Below, in pieces: positions 10,585 through 18,929 of a DNA stretch of 47,870 nucleotides. The translations under genes were made by a program, and so were the position numbers. The notes under the pieces are model-generated. The model saw only the letters and a program-made list of their open reading frames with translations, had not been told where the DNA came from and did not search any database. Source of the stretch: Silvanigrella sp. (GTDB lineage Bacteria; Bdellovibrionota_B; Oligoflexia; Silvanigrellales; Silvanigrellaceae); NCBI RefSeq assembly GCF_044369315.1, contig NZ_JBIPMD010000001.1, positions 1 to 47,870 on the forward strand, read 5' to 3'. Position 1 is the stretch's first letter; each line of letters opens with the position of its first letter.

Positions 10585-10684
10585 TTTAATAAATCCTCTT
10601 AAAAAAGAAAAAATATTCTTTTAAAATAATACAAAAATATAATTCATTATTGAAGATAGAAATATTAAATTTTAGCGTCAATTT

Positions 10685-11296
10685 TTATTGAGATTTAAAA
10701 TTATGAGTTAAATAATTTAATAATTTATTAGTAGATTCTTCAAGATCTTGAATACTTAAAGAATTATCAATGACATAATCTGCATGGGTAATTTTTTCAC
10801 TATCGGACATTTGAGTAGAAATAATTTTTTTTGAAGTTTCTTCAGATATGTTTCTTTTATCATTTAATCTTTTAATCTTGATATTTTCATCTGCAATAAC
10901 AACAATACAAAAATCAAAAAAAGATTTTCTTCCCAATTCTAAGATTAAAGATGCTTCATAAAATATCCATGAAGAAGGAGAAACTTTATTCATAATAGAC
11001 ATTTTCGAATTAAAAAGATCAAACATTGCAGGATGTAAAATTTTTTCAAGATCTTTTTTTAATTTTGGATTTTCAAAAATGATATTTCGAATCAATTCTC
11101 TATTTAAATTACCTTCGCTAATAAAAGCAGAGTCACCAAATATTGTTTTTATTCTTGATTGAACTTCGGGCAAAAATAAAACTTCTCTAGAAAAAATATC
11201 TGCATCCCAAACACAATATCCTCTTTGAGCCAATATTTTTGCTAAAGATGATTTTCCTGAGCCTATGCCTCCAGTAATAGCTATTTTTTTAGACAT
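10685..11296 (-). CDS. coaE: Dephospho-CoA kinase
   Basis: IAITGGIGSGKS, WDAD, LNRELIRNIIF, LEKILHP, QMS...ADYVIDN. Confidence 0.93.
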   Translation of the reverse strand: MSKKIAITGGIGSGKSSLAKILAQRGYCVWDADIFSREVLFLPEVQSRIKTIFGDSAFISEGNLNRELIRNIIFENPKLKKDLEKILHPAMFDLFNSKMSIMNKVSPSSWIFYEASLILELGRKSFFDFCIVVIADENIKIKRLNDKRNISEETSKKIISTQMSDSEKITHADYVIDNSLSIQDLEESTNKLLNYLTHNFKSQ

Positions 11297-11301
11297 ATGG
11301 A

Positions 11302-12273
11302 TTAACGTTTATTGTTGTCTCGTTGTTGTCTATATTGATTTCCCGTTTGCTGGGAATTTGTTGATGAAGATTGTTCATCATAAAATCTTTGCGAGTTTTG
11401 ATAATTCGGTCTTGAATTAAATCTTTGTTGTTGAGGATTGTTATTATTATTTGAATATTGGTTTCTAAAACCGTTTTGGTTATTATTAGGTTGTCTATTA
11501 TTATTATTATTTTGTTGATAATTTCTGTTGTTTACAGAATTTCTATTATTATTTTGTTGCTGATGCTGAGGATTTCTTTGTTGAAAACTAAATCTATTAT
11601 TTCTATTTTGTAAATTATTTTGCTGTTGTCTATTATTATTCATCATATGATGACTTAAATGAGGCTGCGGAGCAGATTGAGTTCCATCCGAATGTACATA
11701 ACCTGTTCTTGTCATTAAATGACTTGGCGTTGGACGATTTTGGTCTTCAAATACTCGTTTAGCAACACCTTCTGCAACTAATTCAACAAGTAAATCTTCT
11801 ACAGAAATACCTTCCATTTTGGACATTTGTCTTAATTGATTCATGAGTGACCAAGAAAAACTTAAAGAAACATTATTTTGAGAAAAGTCTCTTACTTCTG
11901 GAACATTTTCATCGATATATTCTTCTTCATAATTATCATCAAAATTTTGATTTTCATCATCTAATTCAAAAGCAATATTTTGCTCTGAATCCCAATTCAT
12001 TTCTGTATTTACTTCATCTGCAGAATTCACTTCTTCAATTGCATTTTCATCAATAGTGCTTAAAGCCACGATTTTCTCCACTTCTTTTGTAGGCTCAAGA
12101 TCAGATTCTATTTCACTCGAAAAAGTTGTTGCTAATAATTCTTCTTTGTTCAAATCATTTTTATCAGATAAATCTGATGCAACTGCTTTTAATTTTGGAG
12201 GTCTACCCCTACCTCTTTTAACAGGGGAGCCTTCAATCATGGAATCTTTTGATGATTCCTCAAAAAGTGACAA
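11302..12273 (-). CDS. Hypothetical protein: AT-hook, acidic region, RHH-like segment, Q/N-rich tail
   Basis: KRGRGRPPK; E/D-rich stretch; VSLSFSWSLMNQLRQMSKMEGISVEDLLVELVAEGV; N/Q/R-rich C-terminus. Likely start is TTG 12273 or ATG 12240 rather than 12333. Confidence 0.8.
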   Translation of the reverse strand: MSLFEESSKDSMIEGSPVKRGRGRPPKLKAVASDLSDKNDLNKEELLATTFSSEIESDLEPTKEVEKIVALSTIDENAIEEVNSADEVNTEMNWDSEQNIAFELDDENQNFDDNYEEEYIDENVPEVRDFSQNNVSLSFSWSLMNQLRQMSKMEGISVEDLLVELVAEGVAKRVFEDQNRPTPSHLMTRTGYVHSDGTQSAPQPHLSHHMMNNNRQQQNNLQNRNNRFSFQQRNPQHQQQNNNRNSVNNRNYQQNNNNNRQPNNNQNGFRNQYSNNNNNPQQQRFNSRPNYQNSQRFYDEQSSSTNSQQTGNQYRQQRDNNKR

Positions 12274-12526
12274 AGAAAAATACCTACGGGAGTGAAAATA
12301 AATCACGACGATACTCCAAATATAAAGTAACAAAAATAAAGGTTATTTAATAAATTAGTAATTCAGGTAGAATCTCAATAAAAAAATCCTATGCAATTAA
12401 TATAACTTGAAACATTTAGAAGGAGAAGTTTTCTCGCTTCTTACACAATCCCATAAATGAATCATTAAAACAAGTAGCTAAAAAGGAACTAAAAAGGAAA
12501 ATTTTTCCTATATTGCTAATTTAAAA

Positions 12527-13489
12527 TTAATTAGCGTCATTAGGATCTTGCAAATCAGCATATTCTGAAAGCATATTTAAATTTTCGGTCCAACCTGGTT
12601 TTACTTTAACAAAAAGTTCTAGAAATACCTTTTTTTCAAGGTGTCTTTCCAAGGAAATTCTTGCATCAGTTCCAATACTTTTTAGACGTGAACCACGCTT
12701 GCCAATTACGATTCCTTTTTGGGAATCACGATCCACAATAATAGTTGCAGAAATATTTGTTACATTATTTTTATGCTCAAATATATCAATAACAACTGCT
12801 ATTTTATAAGGTAATTCCTGACCAAGTTGACGGAAAATTTGTTCGCGAATAATTTCTGCGCAAACAAAACGTTGCGGTCTATCTGTAAGATCATCTTCTC
12901 CAAATAGCCACTCACCTTCAGGCATCTGCGATAAAATGAACTGCCTTAATGATGAAATTTCCTCTGGTCTCTTAGATGAGATTAATTGAGGGACTTCTCC
13001 AATAAGTTGACATTTTATTTCAGACGACGCCTTAATTCCTTCAAAAAGGTTTTGGAATCGATTTACAATATTTAACCTACCGTGCTCTACTTCTTCTATC
13101 TTAACCTTATCTGTCTTAGTTGCAAGGACAAGAAGCTTTTTATCGAATTTTTTTAATATGCCTTCGAGCCAAAGAGCGTCGTCTTCCGACCAACCTTGCG
13201 TTACATCAATTAAATAACAAACTAAATCGGCATCACTAAGGACACTCCACGCAACTTTATTCATGACTTGATTCATTTTAGGAAGACCTTGAGATTTATG
13301 GATCCCAGGGGTGTCTAAAAGGAGAGCTTGGCTATTTCCTTCTGTACTGACGCCTAATATTTTATTTCTTGTTGTTTGTGGTTTGTTACTAACAACGGCA
13401 AGTTTTGCTCCTAAAAAGGCGTTTAGAAAGGTACTCTTTCCAGCATTTGGCCTACCTAAAAGAGCCACGTATCCACATTTTTTAATCAT
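12527..13489 (-). CDS. era: GTPase Era
   Basis: GRPNAGKST, PQTTR, DTPGIH, EIIREQ, ELPY, KH domain SQKGIVIGKRG. Confidence 0.97.
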   Translation of the reverse strand: MIKKCGYVALLGRPNAGKSTFLNAFLGAKLAVVSNKPQTTRNKILGVSTEGNSQALLLDTPGIHKSQGLPKMNQVMNKVAWSVLSDADLVCYLIDVTQGWSEDDALWLEGILKKFDKKLLVLATKTDKVKIEEVEHGRLNIVNRFQNLFEGIKASSEIKCQLIGEVPQLISSKRPEEISSLRQFILSQMPEGEWLFGEDDLTDRPQRFVCAEIIREQIFRQLGQELPYKIAVVIDIFEHKNNVTNISATIIVDRDSQKGIVIGKRGSRLKSIGTDARISLERHLEKKVFLELFVKVKPGWTENLNMLSEYADLQDPNDAN

Positions 13490-14313
13490 TTTTCCCTTCC
13501 AAAAAAACTTATAATCATTTCTTTTGTTAGCTTTCCTGTTTCAATTTTTTCTACAATGAATTCAGCAACTTTTTTACTAGCATCTCTTTTACTGGCTGCA
13601 GTTGCTCTACCTATTTCCGTATTGCCTATAAAAGCAGCTACAATAAAAAATGTTTCTTGAGGAGTGCCTTCCGTTCCAATTGTTCTATATACAGGAGGAA
13701 CCCCAATTATTCCTTGAGTCCATTGCTGAAGTTTACTTTTAGAATCAAACTTTAAAAGAATATCTTGGCCTGCTTTTAAATCCTCTGCAAAAACTTTGAG
13801 AAGCCATGAATGAGCTTTGTCTTCACCAGCATCAAGAAGCAAAGCTGCTGTAACGGCTTCAAAAGCATCAGCTAAGACGTTATCTCTTCTTTGAGGATTG
13901 GAATTCATTTCAGCTTTACCAACAAGCAAACAATCACCTATACCAAGATCCCTACTTTTTAAAGCAAGATTTTCAGTTCCCACTAAAGCAGCTCTTAGCC
14001 TTGAAAGATCACCTTCTTGCAAAGATTTATGCTCAATCATAGCTTCAGAAGCTATAAAAAAGCTTAAAAAAGCATCACCTAAAAATTCAAGTCTTTCATT
14101 TGAAAAGACGCCAGATTTATCTGTTGGCCAATAAACTAAAGAGGATCGGTGTACTAAAGAAATGGCAGCTAATTTTTTATCTTGATATCGATATTCTTGA
14201 ATTTCTCCAAGCTTATCTATATTTGCTTCTATTTGTGGAAAAACTCGGCTTAATTTAGCAAAATTTAGCTCACGAAAATGAGACCTTAAAAGCGTAAGTC
14301 GTTTTTCCAGCAT
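13486..14313 (-). CDS. rnc: Ribonuclease III
   Basis: NERLEFLGDA, EGDLSRLRAALV, LADAFEA, dsRBD DSKSKLQQWTQ; overlaps the era start. Confidence 0.96.
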   Translation of the reverse strand: MLEKRLTLLRSHFRELNFAKLSRVFPQIEANIDKLGEIQEYRYQDKKLAAISLVHRSSLVYWPTDKSGVFSNERLEFLGDAFLSFFIASEAMIEHKSLQEGDLSRLRAALVGTENLALKSRDLGIGDCLLVGKAEMNSNPQRRDNVLADAFEAVTAALLLDAGEDKAHSWLLKVFAEDLKAGQDILLKFDSKSKLQQWTQGIIGVPPVYRTIGTEGTPQETFFIVAAFIGNTEIGRATAASKRDASKKVAEFIVEKIETGKLTKEMIISFFGREK

Positions 14314-15407
14314 CAGATAAAGACCTTATCAATAAACCCGCCCCCTACAACCTCATTATCTTTATACAAAACAGCTATTTGTCCAGGTGTTACAGACTTT
14401 TGAGGGGTTTGAAACCGAAGAGTCACAAAATCACCATTTTTTTCTAAAATTGCTTTGCATGGGGCAGAACGGTAGCGAATTTTAACTTCAAAATCTATTT
14501 CTGAACCAAAATTTCGAACCATATGAAACTGTTTAAAGGAAAAACCAGAACGCAGCAGGTATTTATCTTCTCCCGCAAAAACCGTCCCCGTTTCTGAATC
14601 TATTCGAGTCACGTAAAGTGGGTTAGCATAAGATATTTTAAGACCTTTTCTTTGCCCAACGGTAAATTGATGAATACCATCATGGGTACCTAATAGTTGT
14701 CCCTCTTCATGACGAATCTCACCTTTAATTAAATCAGAATCTTGAACTCGATTAGAAATAAACTTTGCATAGTCGTTGTTAGGAATAAAGCATATTTCCA
14801 TGCTTTCTTTTTTTGCTGCATTTACTAGTCCATATTTTTCAGCAATTTCTCTAACTTCGGGTTTTGATAACCCACCAACTGGGAAAAGGACTTTTGAAAG
14901 CCTTTCTTGAGTAAGTGAATATAAAAAATAGCTTTGATCTTTTTGAGAATCAAGACCTTTTAATAATTTATATTCATCATAAATTTCATCATATTGAATT
15001 TTTGCATAATGTCCAGTTGCAACAAAATCACAGCCGAGTCTTTGGGCTCTGTCTAAAAGATGATCAAATTTAAGAAAAGTATTACAAGCTACACAAGGAT
15101 TTGGGGTACGACCTTTTAAATATTCATCTGTAAAATAGTCTACCACATTTTCTTTAAAATCATCTTGATAGTCAAAAACATAAAAAGGGATTCCTAATTT
15201 ATGTGCAACTAACCTTGCATCTGCAACATCATCTAAACTACAGCAAGTATCAAATTTGCTATTTGGATCACAACTAGATTCATTTTTAGAATAATCCCAA
15301 AGTTGCATTGTAACACCAATAACATCGTAACCATTTTCAACTAATAGTGCAGCGGCAACGGAGCTATCTACTCCTCCAGACATTGCTATAAGTACACGTT
15401 TTTTCAT
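14313..15407 (-). CDS. mnmA: tRNA 2-thiouridine(34) synthase
   Basis: AMSGGVDSSVAA, TPNPCVACN, ATGHY, KDQSYFL, ESMEICF, TPGQ. Confidence 0.97.
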   Translation of the reverse strand: MKKRVLIAMSGGVDSSVAAALLVENGYDVIGVTMQLWDYSKNESSCDPNSKFDTCCSLDDVADARLVAHKLGIPFYVFDYQDDFKENVVDYFTDEYLKGRTPNPCVACNTFLKFDHLLDRAQRLGCDFVATGHYAKIQYDEIYDEYKLLKGLDSQKDQSYFLYSLTQERLSKVLFPVGGLSKPEVREIAEKYGLVNAAKKESMEICFIPNNDYAKFISNRVQDSDLIKGEIRHEEGQLLGTHDGIHQFTVGQRKGLKISYANPLYVTRIDSETGTVFAGEDKYLLRSGFSFKQFHMVRNFGSEIDFEVKIRYRSAPCKAILEKNGDFVTLRFQTPQKSVTPGQIAVLYKDNEVVGGGFIDKVFI

Positions 15408-15412
15408 TTTTA

Positions 15413-15895
15413 TTAAGTCTCGGAAGAAATTGAATGGATTTCATATTCTCCATGCCCATGTTTAGTTAAAAAATCATTGGCATAGTTTTCTAATTGAAGA
15501 TTTCTTACAAATCCTCTTATATAAAAATGAATTCCTTCAAATTCATGTTTGCTCCAATCTAAGGGAACAAATACATTTCTCTCTTCAGAAAAGTAGTTTG
15601 TCCAATAGAGATCAAGATAATCTAACATTTTAAACACAACTTCTGTTTCTTTAAAATCACTAGAAGATTCTTTAACAAAAACACATTCAATAGGATAATA
15701 ATGACTTTTATCACTTTTCATTAAAGTAACTTTTAACTGAACTTGATCTTTTGTTGCGCCAGAGTCAATGATAAATTCTTCATTTTCAAGATAAACTAAA
15801 TGTTTTTTGTCTAAAAGTTTTTTTATTTTTTGATTTTCTTCTTCAGACCAAATTAAATTTAATTTTTCACTAGATAAATAAGATAATTTTTGCAT
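15413..15895 (-). CDS. Hypothetical protein in the mnmA-rnc-era operon
   Basis: 160-aa ORF tightly packed between its neighbours (gaps of 7 and 5 nt); no recognised motif. Confidence 0.75.
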   Translation of the reverse strand: MQKLSYLSSEKLNLIWSEEENQKIKKLLDKKHLVYLENEEFIIDSGATKDQVQLKVTLMKSDKSHYYPIECVFVKESSSDFKETEVVFKMLDYLDLYWTNYFSEERNVFVPLDWSKHEFEGIHFYIRGFVRNLQLENYANDFLTKHGHGEYEIHSISSET

Positions 15896-15902
15896 GTATA
15901 AA

Positions 15903-17750
15903 TTACTCCATCACTATATTATGATGAAAATTATGAATAAATTCTTTCGCACTCTTTATTTCTTGAAGAGTTTCAAAAGGTTTAAAAATTGGACTCACTT
16001 TTTTTGCCCCAATCATTTTATCTACAGAAAGAAGCTCTGAATACATTGGAACACGACCAAAGAAAGACTCAAGAACCAAAAATAATTCAACAGAAATATG
16101 GGACTCAATTGATGAAAGCCAAAAACGAATATCTGGATATCTTTGGTTTTCAACAAGTTTATCCAAATAAATTTCTAAAACAGAGGAATCACTAATATGA
16201 ATCTTGCGAATTGTCTTTAATTTCCCTTTATACACAATATGATTTAAATCAATATTTGTAATTTCTTTTGCTAAATCTTTTTGCAAAGATAAGATAATAT
16301 TCCAACCTAATTGAAATAAATATTCAGGCCCAAGAACTTGGATACAAGTTATACTATTTTCTATTTCAGTTGTATTTTTATCAAACTCTAAACCATAATC
16401 AGCTGGATTAACTAAACAACTTTCAAGACCAATATTTAAGACTCCACGAACAATTGATATTGCACGACCTAACGCATCATTATCAATAGAATTCATAATA
16501 CCTGAGACAAAAATATTTGATAATCTTGCGACACGATCTTTTAAATAAATTGCATTCTCTGAATCTTTTTTCATAAACTCGTAAAATGCCTTTTCAATTA
16601 AAAGGCTATTACTGTGTATTACTTTAGAGTTTAAAAACTCAGAACGCAATAAAACTTTATTACAAATTTGAATTATTTTTTCAGTTGACTCCGAAATAAA
16701 ATCTTCATCTTCATAAAAATAAGAAGGATCAATATTTTGTGAGCCTGTAATTTCTTTTAGTTCATCACTACCTAAAGCAAGTTGCATATAACGCACACCT
16801 TCTTCAGGTTCTAAGGTAGATAAAAAGAGCACAATATTTTCAAATAAATCGGGATCGATTGTCTCTTTATTTTCATTAGATAAAGAATAAGAAGACATTT
16901 TTTCTAATGTTTCTTTTCTTTTTTTCTCAAGTAATTTTGCTTCATGAATAGATTGTTTAATGAATTCAAGTTTTTTAGGAGCAAGAATTTTTAAAGCTTC
17001 TTCTTTGGACACAAAACCCTGATCAGCCAAACGAGCGGATTTCCAGCGTAATCCAAATTCTAAAGATTCTTGGCGAACAAGCATAGTGGAATGCGCAAAT
17101 ACAGAAGCAGCAATTCGTGCATTATATTGATATAACGCATCTACAAAAGGCTTTAAAAGCTCAAAAGAATCATTGCTATCATCGCGGATTCTTAAAAAGA
17201 ATTTATTATCAGCAGATTGCCACCAATTTTCTCGCATATCTTCTGTTACTTGAGAAACTCCGTCAGGAATAATTTCAAATAGTTTCGATATAATAAGAAC
17301 GATTGTTTCTTCTTCAAGCTCAAGAATTCGCTTTGCTGCGAACTCAGGGCCAATTTCCATCCAAATTCTTAGCCAAGATAAAAACTTACTGGCAGAAACA
17401 TCACCCTCTTGAAATTCAAAAGAGTTTTCCCACAGGTCAAAATCAAGTATTTTTTGAAGTTGTTCTCCACGAACCCATTCAATCACTTCAATGGAATCTT
17501 CCATACCATGTGCCATTATACTTCTATAAAGCAAATGAGCAGGTGCAATTTGAGTGATAAAAGGCAATAACGGCTGTGCGGTAAGCCAATCGATATCTAG
17601 TAAAGCAGGCGCAAGAGGACTTTCCAAGTTTGCCGGTTTCCAAGCAACACGATTCCCCTCTAAAAGCTCATTTTTCAAATGAAAATGACTTATAGGTTCA
17701 ATCTCTTGAGATAAATTTTTTGGCGTAGGACGCATGAACATTTTTACCAA
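15903..17750 (-). CDS. DUF6178-like hypothetical protein
   Basis: EQLQKILDFDLW, FLSWL, RWKSARLADQGFVSKEEAL, RGVLNIGLE, LFQLGW; family recalled from motifs. ATG at 17741 has better RBS spacing. Confidence 0.7.
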   Translation of the reverse strand: MVKMFMRPTPKNLSQEIEPISHFHLKNELLEGNRVAWKPANLESPLAPALLDIDWLTAQPLLPFITQIAPAHLLYRSIMAHGMEDSIEVIEWVRGEQLQKILDFDLWENSFEFQEGDVSASKFLSWLRIWMEIGPEFAAKRILELEEETIVLIISKLFEIIPDGVSQVTEDMRENWWQSADNKFFLRIRDDSNDSFELLKPFVDALYQYNARIAASVFAHSTMLVRQESLEFGLRWKSARLADQGFVSKEEALKILAPKKLEFIKQSIHEAKLLEKKRKETLEKMSSYSLSNENKETIDPDLFENIVLFLSTLEPEEGVRYMQLALGSDELKEITGSQNIDPSYFYEDEDFISESTEKIIQICNKVLLRSEFLNSKVIHSNSLLIEKAFYEFMKKDSENAIYLKDRVARLSNIFVSGIMNSIDNDALGRAISIVRGVLNIGLESCLVNPADYGLEFDKNTTEIENSITCIQVLGPEYLFQLGWNIILSLQKDLAKEITNIDLNHIVYKGKLKTIRKIHISDSSVLEIYLDKLVENQRYPDIRFWLSSIESHISVELFLVLESFFGRVPMYSELLSVDKMIGAKKVSPIFKPFETLQEIKSAKEFIHNFHHNIVME

Positions 17751-17905
17751 CTCCTTGACCTAAATACCTAGAAACAGGCAGTCTTATATTTAGAGTATTT
17801 AAATATAAAGCGGATATCGCATCTATACAGAAGGACGGAAAGCCTAGGTATCAACTTCAAACAGTCTGCCGTAGCATGTAATATTAGATTACGGAAGGAG
17901 AATTT

Positions 17906-18847
17906 GTGGCCCAAGTCCATAGCAGGGTCAAATATCAGAGAAAATCTAATAATTCAATGAAAGAAAACTCTACTCAAACAGAACAATTTGTTACTTTTTG
18001 GGGGACTAGAGGCACTATTCCAATAACGAATGAAAATATGCTAAAATACGGCGGAAACACGTCTTGTGTTGAAGTGATATCCATTAAAAATAATATAAAT
18101 AAATCAATTATATTAGATGCAGGGACGGGCATCATAAAGTGCTCTGAAAACGCACTATTACGCGGAGACAGGGTTTTTCACCTTTTTATGAGTCACATGC
18201 ATTATGATCATATCATAGGATTAACAAAATTCATCCCTTTTTTTAGGGAAGATTGTGAAATACATATATATGGTCAAGCAAAATTTGGGAACTCTTTAAA
18301 AGAAATATTTCAACGCTTTTTTTCAGCACCTTTTTTTCCTGTTGAATTTTTCCAGTTACCCGCTTTAAATAAGATCCATTTTCATGAATTAAATGGCATA
18401 AAAAACATTCAAATTGATGATATTTTTGTTGAAATCCAACCTCTAAATCATCCTCAAGAAGCATTGGCATATAAAATTTGGGATTTTAATAAAATAAATT
18501 GTGTAGTTTATGCTACAGATCATGAACATGGAACAAGAAAAGATTTAGAGATTGAAAAATTTATTAAAAATTCAAGTTTATTTATTTATGATTCAACCTA
18601 TTCTGATAGTAACTATAAAAATTATATTGGATGGGGACACTCAACCGCTGCTGCTGGAGCAACATTAGCGAAAAATTCAGGTGTAAAATATTATGGAATA
18701 TTTCATCACGATCCTGCAAGTACAGATGAATACCTTGAAACAAAAATTTTAGTCGAAGCGCAATCTATTTTTAAAAACAGCTTCCTTACTGCGGAGTTCC
18801 AAACCATAAACATCAGTGAGCTAAATACGTTATTGACGGATAAGTGA
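17906..18847 (+). CDS. MBL-fold metallo-hydrolase
   Basis: FWGTRGTIP, YGGNTSCVEV, LDAGTG, SHMHYDH (HxHxDH), TDHE, WGHST, FHHDP; RBS AAGGAG. Confidence 0.9.
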   Translation: MAQVHSRVKYQRKSNNSMKENSTQTEQFVTFWGTRGTIPITNENMLKYGGNTSCVEVISIKNNINKSIILDAGTGIIKCSENALLRGDRVFHLFMSHMHYDHIIGLTKFIPFFREDCEIHIYGQAKFGNSLKEIFQRFFSAPFFPVEFFQLPALNKIHFHELNGIKNIQIDDIFVEIQPLNHPQEALAYKIWDFNKINCVVYATDHEHGTRKDLEIEKFIKNSSLFIYDSTYSDSNYKNYIGWGHSTAAAGATLAKNSGVKYYGIFHHDPASTDEYLETKILVEAQSIFKNSFLTAEFQTINISELNTLLTDK

Positions 18848-18929
18848 TATTATGGGAGATAATTAGTTTGGGCTACGTCATTCTTTTTAAGGCAACACCC
18901 ATTCTTTTAATTCTCTGGAATGATACCAA

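Noticed and set aside
11305-11640. Tandem TTG/TTA-like repeats as a CRISPR array or VNTR
   Set aside because: They are Asn/Gln codon runs with no constant repeat-spacer structure.
11302-12333. Rho or CarD identity for the Q/N-rich protein next to coaE
   Set aside because: No Rho RNA-binding or ATPase domain and no CarD/TRCF domain recognised.
12418-12498. Imperfect hairpin AGAAGGAGAA...TTCTCGCTTCT and short CTAAAAAGGA direct repeat downstream of era
   Set aside because: No U-tract and too short to support a terminator or ncRNA call.
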